Notes: generated by a model from the letters alone, not told the origin. A stretch of 64,000 nucleotides of DNA from Microthyrium microscopicum (GCA_010405405.1 MU004234.1:1949275-2013274), one strand, 5' to 3'. Counted from the first letter of the stretch, positions 24,635-38,248 are shown. A program made the numbers and translations.

Positions 24635-25599
24635 GGTCTTTAGAGTACGGTAGTCTCTAGAGTCTAAATACTGGTAGGTACATGGCAGTACATACCGGTA
24701 GCATCCTCCCCTTCGCAGTGCAGGGGCCAAACATCTTGATAGTAACAATCATGAGGCTCCTTACTCTATTATAGCTTTTAGTACCTTAACAGTTCTCTTA
24801 ATTTTGTGGATTTGCTCTGAGATAAGCTTGACCCCCCAATAACACTGTAGTAAGCACAAGGTTACGCTGACTCATTTACCCATTTTCGCTGTTTTCGACA
24901 ACCTCACCAGCAAGGACCAGCGGTTCAGCGTGTATGATAGGTTATTTTCAGCCATTTATGCGCCATGGATCTCATTAACTGGACCCTGACAAGGATGCGG
25001 TGTTAACAACCGAGATCTTTTACACTTTTACACGTTGAGAACGTGAGTCGCAAAAGCGATCTGCATGGGGCATTTCCCGAATTATCCGCTGCTTCATGAG
25101 TAAACCCCTCTGCGAACTACTCTCCTCCGTGACTCCATCCCTCATCTTGACCACATAGATTTTCCGTTTCTTATTGCTTGCGATTCGTATGTGTTTTGAC
25201 TTTCTGTCGTACTCTTATTTCCTCAGGAACCGCTTGTGACACAGACCTGCTCTTGCCGTATCACCTCTCTCCTACTCCGTACCCCACGATCAAAGACCTC
25301 CGATATCTTGCACCCATACACAACCACTTAGAAATAGTTTATCGACCTTGAGGGGCAGCCAATCCTACACTCAGCTATCCTGAACTCCTGCACTGATACA
25401 AGCTCTTTCATCGCTTGTGTATTCCTCAAAGCCCCACTATCCTCCGGGGATATCCGCACGGTGGCCGCGATCCAGACTTACAACCTATCGCCGTTGGAAG
25501 CGCTCATCATCCATTAAATGAGAGCTTGACATCAGTGGCAGATTTGTTAAACTTGAAACCTAAGGTTATCACTATCAAAAGAATTGCTGTCACGTCGCC

Positions 25600-28500
25600 A
25601 TGGGACCCGATGCAGTTCGTGAGAGAGACTTGAATCGGTAAGCTTGCTAATCACTCGCGTGAAAGGCACAACATTTACACACTTTCCAGATACTACCAAC
25701 CGTATAAGAATGCTCAATCCCTCAAATCCTACTCCCCTGCCGTAACTCCGGAGGAAAATCGGCACAATTCCCTCTGGTCAATTATTCCAGAAGATTACAA
25801 ACCACAGTTTAGTTCAGATCGAGCTCTTACAGCTTTTGCCCAGCTCGCAACTTTACGCCTGGGAGTAAGAAGATGTATAGTATCGCTCATAGACTCGAAG
25901 AACCAATACATCTTGACAGAGGCGACTCGAACACTAAGTCTCTCTCGGCACACCATCGACAATGATGATGACAAAGTCTGGCTCGGAAAGAGTGTTCTCA
26001 ATCGTGGCGATGCCATGTGCGAGAACGTTCTGGAAACTACATACACCGCGTACGACGAACAGGGTCGCCCATATACTGGAGATGGCCTGGTAGTCGAGGA
26101 CATGACTAAGGATGACCGCTTCAAAGACAAGCCTTTTGTCCTTAACGAACCATGCATTCAATTTTACGCAGGCGTGCCCATACGCTCAAGAAGTGGTCAT
26201 ACAATTGGATCATACGCATGCTCACATAACAAGCCACGACCTGGGGGACTTACCCTCGAGGAATTTCGCTTTATGCAGGATATGGCTGAAACAGTGATGG
26301 ACCACCTTGAGATGCTCCGCGATCGTGAGGATAGAACCAAGGGAGAGCGCATGATTCGAGGACTTTCCGAGTTCATAGAAGGCTCATGCGCTTTGGGACG
26401 TCCAGCCCCGAGTCAACCGAATAGCTACGCTACAAAATTAGCTCCACTGAACGGTACTCCGACCACTGCCGTCAATACAGTCTTAAACCGCCAGACGGAA
26501 AACCTGAGGACCTTGGAGGATGACTTGGAAAGTCCTCCAGCTTTAGTAGACACAGATGGTCCAAGTAAACTATCAGGACCAAAGGCTACCAAAAGAGTCG
26601 TGCAGCCTCCTCCATCAAACCCTACATGTATCTTCTATCGGGCTGCTGATCTGATCAGAAAATCTACATATGCAGATGGTGCCGTGTTCTTCAGGGCAAT
26701 AGGACCGACTCTACGAGCAAAGATTCCCGATAAGAATACTAGCAGTGATGAAACATCCTTCGATGACTCGCAGTCTGGGACCTCCGGCAGTGAGACTATC
26801 CTCTCTTCTGCAAGTGGCAAGCCTGTGCTATCAAGAGGACCTCGGTTCACTACTCAAAGGCCGAAGAAGATTAAACCTACGGAGCGCGAGGAAGTGAAGC
26901 ACTGCGAGGTTTTGGGTCTCTCAATATCCGAGAACGCTCCTGGAGAAGACAGTTTGGGAGTCAGGGACTTTCAATTCTCGGAACGCAGCATGGAGAAATA
27001 CATAAAAAAGTTTCCGTACGGCAAGTTCTTTAGCTTTACTGAGTTCGGATCTGGTGTTTCTTCTGGCGACGACAAGTCTGAGCACGAACCCCAATCTACG
27101 GAACCTGCAAGTAACGGCACGATAAACGGCCACAGGTTATCAAATGAAGTCGTCAAACCAGGTTCGAAGAAGAGACAGAGTTTTTTGCCCACTGAGCTTT
27201 TAAAGATTCTACCAGGAGTTCGAACATTAATATTCTTACCCCTTTGGGATCCAGCTGCTGAGCGCTGGATTGCTGGTGGCTTTATCTGGACAAGCAAAGC
27301 CGGTGCTTTACTGAGTCCTCACAATGAATTGCCATATTTGAAGGCATTTGGAAACAGCATTACCAGCGAGTATGCTCGAATGAATGCATTGATTTCTGAC
27401 AGAGCAAAGTCAGACTTCATCTCCAGTGTAAGTCACTCAATTTCTTTCAAGTTTCAGTAACTAATTGCTTGTATAGATCAGCCACGAGACTAGATCTCCG
27501 TTACACGGCATCCTTGGTTCAGTCGAATTCCTTCAAGAGACTGAGTTGAGTCAATATCAAGCCGGACTCGTGACTTCGGTCAACACGTGCGCCAAAACTT
27601 TGCTGGAAACGCTCGAATCTATACTAGACTATTCCAAAATCAACAAACTATATACTCGTGATCGTAATCAAAGACGCCTCGAAACACGATTGAAAAAACG
27701 GGATACCGAAAATTCCATCATGGGACCTGCTGCTGATGTGGACTTGCATCAGCTTCTCGAAGAAGTGGCGGAGTCTGTATGTGCCGGGCATGCATTCAGG
27801 GAGACCCATAATACCGGTGCTGGATATCCCACAGAAAATTCGAAAACGCCAGATAGCGCCTGCAACCTTCGGCACGTCGCTGTGTCGCTGGAGATTGCTC
27901 CAAAGATGAAGAATCTGGTCAGGACCCAACCTGGTGCGATACGCAGAATTGTGATGAACTTGCTAGGCAACAGTCTCAAATATACTCAAAATGGATATAT
28001 CTCAGTTGTCATGAAGGCCCAACAATCGCCCACGGATCCTACTATGGCTGATGTTGAAATGACGTTTGCGGATACTGGAAAGGGCATGTCTCTTGAGTAT
28101 CAACGGACACGAATGTTCTCGCCCTTTTCACAAGAGGATCCGTTCGCAGATGGAACAGGTCTTGGCTTGTCTATTGTACGCCAAATTGTCGATTCTCTCG
28201 GAGGACATATTGATATTTGCAGCACAAAAGACGTCGGTACAACTGTTGACGTTCATCTTACTCTTCCCTTGCCAGAAAATCTCCCGGCGGATGAGTTTAC
28301 TGAAGTCTACAATATGGCGAAGGGTAAGAAATTATCTCTGGCTGGCGCAAATGCCTGCCCAAAATACCTTGGTCCTTGCCTAAAGGCCCTCCAATGCAAC
28401 ATAGAAGAGTGGTTTGGCATGGAGCTTGTACCATGTCCGGATAGTTTTGACACTATCAATGGCGATGCTGTAATCTGCCATGAGACTCTCCCCGATTTCA

Positions 28501-29480
28501 ACAAGATGACTTTACAAGGAGCTCCTCTGATCGTCGTCTGCAAGAACCAGTCGAACCAGGTAGCACTACGAAAACATCTGCTTGCTACACTACCACAGTG
28601 CGCGAGAGCCAATATACAAATTGTGGCGCAGCCTCTTGGTCCGCAAAAGCTCGCTGGTGTTCTCAAGAACATATTCACAAACACACAGACCATAATGCCA
28701 CACCCCAAGGCACCTATATCGCCGCCAGCTTCGCCCAAGAAGGTTCAGTTTCTTGATCCAATCACCGAAAGCACCAATGCCCTTGGGGACGATGCTCAAC
28801 CACCCCGCCCAGGACCGGATCCTATTCCAAATGAGAAGATGGTCACAGAGGAGCATCACAGCTCAACTGCCATAGGTGAGCCTCCCAAGCGAGCATCAAC
28901 AGAACCAGTCTCGAACAAGGAAGCTCCACCACAACAACCCAAGCGACCCGTCCCGATCCGTTTCAAGAGCGGCCTGCACCATGACAATCCACCTGCCGCC
29001 CATCATGTCCTCTTAGTCGACGACAACGCCATCAACTTACAACTACTCACCATGTTCATGCGCAAGATCGCTCTGCCCCACGCCTCTGCGCGGGATGGTC
29101 TCGAAGCCTTGAATAAATACAAAGATTGTATAGCGTGTCTCGGCGACACCAACAACAATAACGGAGAAACTAACGATGAAACCAACGGAGCCACTATCGA
29201 CGGAGCCAACGGGACCACACAGCAAAATGGTGCAGCCAAACCGCCATCAGCATTCACGTATGTTCTCATGGACATCTCCATGCCAGTAATGAATGGCCTA
29301 GAGTCAACGCGGCGGATTCGCGAGTTTGAGCGCGAGCAGGGGCTGAAGAAGGCGATTATTGTGGCACTTACTGGGCTGGCGAGTGCTGATGCGCAGCAGG
29401 ATGCGTTGGATGCGGGTGTGGACTTTTATCTACCGAAGCCAGTGCGGTTTGCGGATTTGAAGAGGTTGATGGGTTTGTGA
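25600..29480 (+). CDS. Fungal hybrid histidine kinase (GAF - HisKA - HATPase - receiver)
   Basis: N-terminal DRALTAFAQLATLRL..QYILTEATRTLSL, GAF (FYAGVPI), H-box ISHETRSPLHGILG, N-box NLLGNSLKYT, DTGKG, GTGLGLSIV, receiver VDDNAIN..MDISMP..KPV. Introns near 25638-25689 and 27427-27476. Confidence 0.93.
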
Positions 29481-30298
29481 TGATGTTATTAGTGTATGAA
29501 TGGTTTGTAGGGACGCGGTGGCGTGTAATGAGATGATGTAGCGCATAGGTTTTATTGCATCTACATAAGTAGGTTGAAAATAGCATTTCGATCCATGTTC
29601 ATACATGTATCATCAGTACAAGATAATACGGCCTGATTGCCTCAGGAATAGGGGCAAGCAATGGCTTCGTAGCAAATTCCAGGCTACGTGAAGTGAGGCG
29701 TAGAAGTAATTGGTAGGGCAGAAAAAGAGGTAATGTTTGACATCTAACGCGTCTCAAATATTAAAGTAGATAGAAGAAAGTCTTGAAGGCGATGAGGTTG
29801 AGCAAGTGTGGTCGGTGGACGGTTTCAACGGGAGCTTTTCCCGATCACGCTGACCCTGTCATTGCCATCTGCTCACTTGACCTCCAACAACGACAACGAC
29901 TACCCGCCCATCATGGGCCATTTCCTCTCGCCATATTCACTTATCACTTCTCTATCTTGATCTTCCAATTCTTCGACCGCTTTCTCTATCTACTCCACCA
30001 ATCTTCGCCAAGATAAATCCTGTTTGCCAACTACATTCGGTGGCCGACAAGCTGTCATCAAACAGCGCCAACAAAGACCCCGTGAGTGCCCGATAACCTT
30101 ATTTGGCACGCCACCCGCCTTCTGACACGTTCCAGTCCCAGCACTTTATTGCGAATCGATCCGCTCCAGCATCGCCGAGAACACCAAGGCAGCCGTGCTC
30201 ATTCTTTGATCCTCACACCCCTACCAATCTCCAACCTACACTTCACCAGCACGCTCCACGAAGACTGCGCATATCGAGTACACTGATCGGAAGGCAAT

Positions 30299-31225
30299 AT
30301 GGCGAGCCCAAAGCGAAGAATCGAGACAGATGTAAGTCTCACTGGTTGGCCAGATTATACGTTGAATACTAGAGACTGACTTGGTGCTTTATCGATTAGG
30401 TCATGAAGTAAGGTGTTACTGAACCTTGTCATAAATGATGCTAACAGTTTATCAGGATGTTCGTCAAGTTCTACTTGTGGCCCTGTGTGTTAGCTGATCA
30501 TATCTAGGCTCATGAGCGACTACGAGGTCACTCTGGTCAATGACAATAGTATGTCCCTCAGTATCGCAGTATTGAGTTTCATTAAAATCGCTAACATTAT
30601 GATAGTGTACCCTTAACCCATCTGGCTGTTTTGTCTCATACTTACAGTCCATAGGCAGGAATTCTACGTCAAGTTCAAGGGACCAACAGAGAGTACGTGT
30701 TCTCAAGTTCACAGATAACTACAGATCTAACCGGAGACAGCTCCATTCACCGGAGGCGTCTGGAAGATCCACGTCGAAATACCCGACCAGTATCCCTATC
30801 GCTCTCCTTCCATCGGATTCTTGAACAAGATTTTCCACCCAAACATTGACGAGCATAGCGGCAGTGTTTGCTTAGATGTTATCAATCAGACTTGGTCTCC
30901 CATGTATGACATGGTCAACATCTTTGAGACCTTCCTGCCACAGCTACTGCGCTATCCCAATCCTACCGATCCTCTGAATGGCGAGGCAGCAGCTTTGATG
31001 ATGCGCGATGCTCAGATGTATGAGGAGAAGGTCAAAGGTACTGGCATTTCATGGCATTTTACGCGCCACTACTGACATAACGCAGAATACGTAAAACAGT
31101 ATGCCAGCCAAGAGGCTGCTGACGAAGCTGGCGAAGAGGAAGAAGAAGATGAGATGAGCTCCGTAGGCAGCTACCAATCCGATGGCGAAGAAGACCAGGC
31201 GGCTGGCGAGATGGAGGAACTCTAG
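30299..31225 (+). CDS. UBC8: Ubiquitin-conjugating enzyme E2 Ubc8/UBE2H, 8 exons including 8-, 3- and 1-nt exons
   Basis: Exons 30299-30331, 30400-30407, 30456-30458, 30508-30548, 30606, 30655-30692, 30741-31037 and 31086-31225 give [39 protein letters not shown]...[22 protein letters not shown]... plus an acidic tail. Confidence 0.95.
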
Positions 31226-31820
31226 CGAGAGTGTGCCTTCTCCTACCTTGCATGGATGTTTCTGATTGACCTCGCTTTCCTGCCCGACGAGCTTCGTTAT
31301 GTGAAAATGGCTGGCATGATACTCTTCTGGTTTTTGAAGAATCTCGTTACTGCCTTGTCAAGCCGATTCTCCACCCGAATACCTATATCTGTTCTCAGGT
31401 ATTGTGTATGGACTGTGCAGGCCATTTACATCACAATTCGGTGCTAGGAGATTTACGACTCTCCTTTGTTTCATGACGGGCATTTTCCTTTGATCTTCAT
31501 CTTATACCCCTATCCTATGAATGGAACCCTCTCAGCAACATATCTACTCTCACCCTGGTTGCATGGTGTCATGTAGCCGTATTGTTGGCGAAGAGATTTC
31601 TGTAGATACATATGCAATAACAACTCAATTCTTCAAACTCGACTTGCACCCTTAGTGCGCTTCCCTTGGCTTTTCCCCAACACACGTTCATGGAGCTCAG
31701 CACAATTTGGAAGGAAGTTCAATCATCATATGGACGTTTGTTGAGATACGACTCATACGCTAACTTTTATGTTCCAGATATCTGTGCCAGGGAAATTGGA
31801 ATCACCATCTCAAGCTCCGA

Positions 31821-34800
31821 TCAAAGCGATGCCTTCGCCCCCTGCATCAATTCCGCTGCTGCAGCAGAAATACACAACTTGCCATTCTCCTTGACCTTTG
31901 TCTGGAAGATCACTTTTCCTCCCTCCTTCCACATTTCTGTGACAATGGTCTGCCCAGGCAACACCGGACTCGCAAACCGTACCTTGATATTGCGATATGG
32001 CCCATACGTTTGCAATACATGCTTCGCACTAATGCCAAACGTACACAATCTACAGCATCATCAGCTCAAGGTCATCAAATATCTACTCATCATGACAAAA
32101 ACTCACCCATGTAAAATCGGGACCTCAAACCCACCAACTTTCGAAAAAGCCGGATCAATATGCAAAGGATTCCGATCCCCCATCAACCGATACAACACCG
32201 CCTGTTCCTCGCCCGTCCTCTCCTCCACCACAGAATCCGGCGCTCTCCCCGGCGGTTTATTCGCTGCCGTCGCCGCTCCACGATCAGCCACCGTTTTTGC
32301 ACCCCCAAAACCGCCTGCGCCACGAACAAAGGCGACGCTTTCGCCGTAAAACACTGTGTTTCCGGTGCTGGCGTCGACGGTAGTAGATGACCGTCTGACG
32401 AGCGCCGCATTGCCCTTGTCGACCACTTCCAGCAACTTCGTGCTCGTCTTGAGTGTCCCAGCAGTGGGCACAGGATACTGATGTACCTCAAAGTACTGTT
32501 CGCCATGCACGAGGAGGCGGGGGTTGAAGTTTGGTAGTATATCTGCCATGTTGTATGCGCTGCGTGCTTTATATGGTGGTATAACGCCAATGGTCGGCAA
32601 GACTTGAAAGTTCTCGTCATTTTCATATACGAATGGTAGCGCAGTCCGTTTGGCGCCGAGAGAGAGGTTGTAGAGGATGGAGTCGCGGTCTGTATAGGTA
32701 TATTTGCCTGGTGGACCGTCGAGGGCCATGGCAGCGGCGATTTTGGCGATATATTTGCGGTTGGCGCGGTTTTCGTTGGATGGGAGGGTTTTGGCGAGAG
32801 AGGAACGCATTATGTTGGCCATGCTGTATTTTGACGAGTCGGTGCCGTTGGCTGGGTGGTCGGTTTGATTGTTGGAGAAGTTGCAGATCTCGGAGAGGGC
32901 CTGGTTCTGGTCAGTGATGTGATACTTCTGGTGTAATTACAGGGTGAACTCACGGCCATTACGGCTTCAACTTTTGGAACTCCGTCGTCGATGGGGAAGT
33001 CGACGCCTCTTGCTCGTTCCCATCGAGTGGCAGCGAACCAAGCAACTCCCGCTTCATAGAGACCGCCGTTTGGAGTTGGACATTTGTTACTGCAGAGTAC
33101 TGCGATGAGAGGAGCGACGTATTCTGGCTTCATGGCATCGACGATTTCAGGGGCAGATACTGTAGCCGTCATTGCCGTTCCAGCGACTGGAGCGACAGCG
33201 TTGCAGAAGATGTTGTATTTGGCTCCTTCTTGGGCAATGGCTCTAGTGAATCCAATCATCCCGCATTTCTGTTCATGTTAGTATGGGGAAGCCAAAGAGA
33301 AGAAGCCGAACATTACCGCCGCAGCATAATTCGCTTGTCCAAAGTTTCCATATATCCCGCTCGTCGAAGTGATGTTGACGATCCGTCCATACTGCTGCTT
33401 GATCATATGAGGCCAAGCAGCCTTGGTGACTTTATACGTGCCCCTCAAATGCACATTGAGGACTGGGTTCCAGAGATCGTCTGTCATGTTCTGAAAAGCC
33501 TTATCCCGGAGGATCCCTGCGTTGTTAACGATAATATCGATCCGCCCATACGCATCCAGCACTGCCTTTACCACCTCTTCCCCCTTTTCCACCGACATGA
33601 CAATAGCAACAGCCTCACCGCCATCCGCCTTGATTCCAGCCGCAACATCCTCAGCGCCCTTCAGATCATTCACCACGACCTTCGCACCCAACTTCCCAAA
33701 CAGCTCAGCATATGCTTTCCCCAAACCCGCACCACCGCCTGTAACAAGCACCACTCTCTCCACAAAACTCATCTTTCCCCTTGGCCGATTCGGCTCCATC
33801 ATCCACGCCATCTGCAACCTCTCCTCCACATCCCTTGGCCTTTCCGCCGTACTCACACTCTTATAGTTCCCCACCTGCTCCCACTTCTCCAGCAACGCAT
33901 CCGGTCCAAATTTCTCATCCGGCCTCAACATAACCCCCGGACTCCTCTGCCATCTAATCTTACTAAAATGACCCGCAGCCGCCTCAAACAGCGCCCCATT
34001 CTCCGCACAGGAAGTGTGAACGAGGGCACCAACGAGCGGAACGACCCAGGTCGGCGCATACATATCCAGCATTTCCGGCGGCCAAACCGTCTGCGTCATA
34101 CGCGACGCTGCGGCGGGCGCGATGACGTTGGCGTGGATGTTGTATTTTGCGCCCTCTTTGGCGAGGGTTTGGGTGAAGCCTACGATGGCCAGTTTCGCCG
34201 CTATTAGCATACCACATTCGTTAGCTAACACATATCTCTCCCTCATCGCACCGGAATCGAATCTTACCTGCGTAATTACTTTGTCCAAAGTTCCCATACA
34301 ATCCACTACTACTACTCGTATTCACCACCCGTCCATACTTCTGCTTTCTGAAAAACGGCCAGGCTGCGCGCGTCGTCCGATATGTGCCTGTGAGATGGAC
34401 GTCGATGACAGTGTCCCAGTCGGTATCGGTCATGTTTTTGAGGGTGATGTCGCGTAGGATGCCGGCGTTGTTGATGAGGATGTCGATGCGGCCGAAGGCC
34501 TGGATAGCGGCGGCGATGATGCGTTCGCCATTGACGACGGAATCGTGGTTGGCGATGGCAATACCGCCGGCGGCGTTGATGGAGGATGTTACGATGTCGG
34601 CGGCCTAGGATACAGGTTAAGAGGATGGGGAGAAAGGGGGATTGGGGAAGGGGCTTACGCTGGAGTTGGATCCTTCGCCTGGGAGATGTTAGTTGGGGGT
34701 ATTGAAGATATGTGTATGATATGTCTTATGGGATTGTGAGACTATGCCAGAAGACATAGTGATGATTATAGCATTGAATAATGTGTTGAAGCACATCTGA

Positions 34801-35013
34801 TGCCCAGAATTGATTTCAAAGAATATGCCAATCAATCACCGAGAGCCAAAAAATAGCCATACACGAAATACTCTTACCTTTTACAGAACCTCCCAAATCA
34901 TTGACAACAACCTTTGCTCCCTTGGACGCAAAGAATCTAGCATATTCCCGTCCTAGACCACTCCCAGCTCCAGTAACCACAACAACTTGGCCATCATATC
35001 GTATCTCAGCCAT
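31821..35013 (-). CDS. FOX2: Peroxisomal multifunctional beta-oxidation protein (hydratase-dehydrogenase, MFE-2)
   Basis: Two SDR domains (VTGAGSGLG and [17 protein letters not shown] and GNFGQANY), then hydratase-2 ([22 protein letters not shown]); multiple introns. Confidence 0.93.
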
Positions 35014-35303
35014 GTTACTACTATCACCAATTCCAAGCTCTTATATCAATAATAGATTATAACACTTCACAATTCGGGTTTCAAGAAGTTCTTCACGCAT
35101 GAAATAATTCAAGTTTGCAAGCTGCAAAGGTCGTACATCAATGAGGGGACAAACGGTCGAACCGAGGTGGTCAACCCACAGCCTTGTCAGAATTGACGAA
35201 TGATATTATTTGAATATGCAGCTTGTTTAACCTCCTTGTTCCGTCGAAATATGTTCTGACCTATATATATTTGATTCTGGCGTGCCTGAAATCTCGAAAA
35301 TGA

Positions 35304-36979
35304 CTACACGACCAGTACGGCCGACTTTCCTTCAACGGTCGGGGGAGTCACCCGCATCCCACGGTATCTCATCACAACAGTAACCATAGTACAACCAAGA
35401 AATAGTCCAGCCACCGCGGCAGTGACCACTATCAATAGAGCATATAAGACATTGTGAGCTGATGGAAAGGTCACATGGCTTGCAAGGATGACTTTCAGAC
35501 CAAGGCGGAATGGCCAGCTAAAATAAGCCATCAGACAAACGGGGGTGACGATGAAAGCTCCAAGAATCAGCCAGGAGCCCGGGAAAGATGTTTTGACGAC
35601 CAGAACACCAAAGATGAAGGACATCGCTGCGACGAGCAAGTAGTTGGAAGTGAGATTGGCGATGATCTGAGCTTGATATTCCAGCTTCTGGGTGTTGATT
35701 GTGAGCTGTTTTTCCATGGCAGTGCTTGACTCTGTAATCATGCCCGAAAAGTTCTGCAGCTGAAAAGCAACAAAACCAATCATATGTTGGACGGTAGGAA
35801 CGTCAGCAGTGACAATGGAGTCCATCATTTGAGAGAGCTGAACAGTCTTGGTCGTGAGGTTTTCAATGGTTGCAGATTGGTGTAATTGGAGTTCGCCTTG
35901 ACGGCGAAAATGGCCATTGAAATGAGCTTGGAGACGGCTGTCGTGGTGATCGAGAGCTTCCAACGCACTGTTTGATATGTTGCGTAGGTCTGCCCGAGTC
36001 TGGTGCAAGTCCTATGACGACGTTAGTGACGTTGAGCAACGATCACGGAGTACACACCTTTTGAAACTTTGAAAGCTCAGAGGAAGTTCCAGCGACGCCT
36101 TGACTGACGGCGGTCATTGCATTCTTGACGCTTTGTTGGATGTTAGTCATGAGTTGAGTGAAAGTATTCTTCGACTCTTCGGCTTGTCGTTTCCAAGTGT
36201 CCATCATCTCGTTTTTCAGCTGGTCAGTCATTTCAGCGAACTCGGTAGAGAGCTTGACTGCATTTTCCAACGCAGCAGAGGCATCTTTAGTGACAGTCGA
36301 GCTCTTCTTGAACATCTCGATGAATTGTTCTGGAATGGTTAGCAAGATTCTGCTTGAAAAACGATGACTTACCCTTCTCTGCCGCTCCACGGCTTGCTTG
36401 ACAGACAGTCATTACATTCTGGAGAGCGTTACTGTAGCTAGTCCACCATTGTGGTTGTTCGCCAAGAGAAGACAGGCAGCGCTGAAGCTGAGAGGGAGGA
36501 ATTTCAGGATAGCATGCATCAGCAGTTGGTTCGAGCTCTTTCTCAGCGTGTCTGCCGAAGCGAAAGAAGGTTTGACCAGACGATCTTTTGCGACAAGCAC
36601 TCTTTGACGGTACAAATGATTGACAAGCTGGAGGACCAGGATGAGTAGCGCTTGTTAGCTCGCACATGGCCAGTCGAGCAGCGTAAGTTTCGCGGACTCG
36701 ACTCAGGGATTCCTCAACATGGCCGGTGTATTCCAGGGATTGACAAGAATCAATCAGTGATGTATGAGCAAAATGCTGACAAGATGGCGCTGAAGGAATG
36801 GTGGCCAGGATTTCCATGGCACGATGATGAATCACTGGATTGTGGATGGGGCTCTGCAATAGCTTGAGAGTAAGATCCTGCAAGGACACTTTGGGTATGT
36901 CGACCAGAACATCTCCAGATGCCTGAACAACATTGACAGTCAGAGCCATGAGGCATGGAAGAAAAGTAGTGAGAAACAT
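35304..36979 (-). CDS. KAR5: Nuclear membrane fusion protein Kar5/Tht1
   Basis: Signal peptide, Cys-rich domain (YAARLAMCEL, CLSSLGEQPQWWTSYSNALQNVMTVC), coiled coils and C-terminal TM helices; two introns. Confidence 0.85.
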
Positions 36980-37750
36980 GATAGCAAAATGTCCAGTAAG
37001 TAGAAGCCTATGGGTGTAGTCACAAGAAAATCACAGCGTTTGGAAACTTGGAGGATAAGATATATGAAGTAGTATTGCAGAAGCGTGAGAGAGACCAGTA
37101 TTTCGAAGCGTTGAGAAGTGGTGCGAGTGAGATTTTGATCAAGTGAAGCCAAGTTGCAAAGTTGAGAAGATCCAGCAGGCAGATAGAACGATGAATGAAG
37201 GATGAGGATGGGACTGAATGAGCAGATGAAGTTGGATCACGACTGTCCCAATGCAGAGTGGTGTCGCTGCCATGTTGGGAAGGCACGATAGGCTGCTCTT
37301 GCCTCTCCTGGAAGCTTAACCATCCGCTTTTCGACTTTGCTACCAATTTCGGCCGACTCCCAGCCAGTTTCCAGCAAAAACACCTGAATGATTTCTTCGG
37401 GATCCTTTTTGGATATGGGAATCATATCAATAGATGATGGACTTGAGCGTGATTGGCCACATGTGAGGATTAAAGTGTTTAAGCTCATGCGCTTACTCCC
37501 CAGATCTGGGTTTTGTTCTTACCTGTCTCGGCCATGTCCAAACATTCAGGAAATCATCCTGGAGCTCTCGATTCAGGAGTGACTAACAGCAACGGTAGAT
37601 TGAAGCATCATGAGAGCATCAAATTTCAAGGACGCGTGTTGGTGTTGAGTCGCATTGACTTACCAACTGGTCAACAAGATAAAATGGCGCGGTCCCATCA
37701 AATGCGGTGACTACCACCTGCTGGCTTTTAGCACGACGTCTTAATGCGTA

Positions 37751-37979
37751 CCGTAGCTTTCGCATCAAATGCAGGATTAATTAACCGCTTTTGGCAATCC
37801 CAAATTTGGGATGACCAATATCTTTCACCAATGATAAGTAGAGGATTAATTTCACGGGTGAACAAAAGTTAGCGCTAGGTAGGGTCCCCTAGGGTCCCCT
37901 AAAATTACTGAGTAGTAAGCCCAAATTTGGGATTGCCAAAAGCGGTTAATTAATCCTGCATTTGATGCGAAAGCTACGG
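37751..37979. mobile_element. MITE, Tc1/mariner-superfamily type (229 bp, 60-bp perfect TIRs, TA target duplication)
   Basis: 37751-37810 is the exact reverse complement of 37920-37979 (CCGTAGCTTTCGCATC...CCCAAATTTGGG). TA at 37749-37750 and 37980-37981; non-coding interior. Confidence 0.9.
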
Positions 37980-38248
37980 TAGAACCGCCAATTATCCATC
38001 GAATGCGTTGGGAACAAAAATATGTTCTCGTTAAAGAGTGCGATGGGAGAAACAATAGTAGAAGGGAGCGCGCCAATGGACTTACTAATCAATCGCGAGC
38101 TTATTTTGACCAATCGGAAACTAGCGACTCCGCGCCAAGACCTCAGCCATGGAGTATTCACGAAAAAGTTGACAGCTTCAGTGCTCCAGTCTATCATCAT
38201 CACCAGCTCCGATTTAGTCAATTGAGTGCCAAACCCCGGTTCCTCAAT

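Noticed and set aside
30549..30654. Stwintron (nested intron) explanation for the UBC8 double intron
   Set aside because: Donor-nested splicing has no G before 30549, and acceptor-nested splicing gives a frameshift; only the 1-nt exon model yields NDNMQEF.
33230..34207. Long antisense ORFs (this 325-aa one; also 45267-46148, 60596-61414, 54423-55085, 39311-39961)
   Set aside because: Shadows of codon-biased real genes on the opposite strand.
34759..34802. GTGATGA...CTGA, resembling a C/D box snoRNA, in FOX2 intron 1
   Set aside because: Antisense to the host transcript, only about 42 nt between the boxes, and no recognisable guide.
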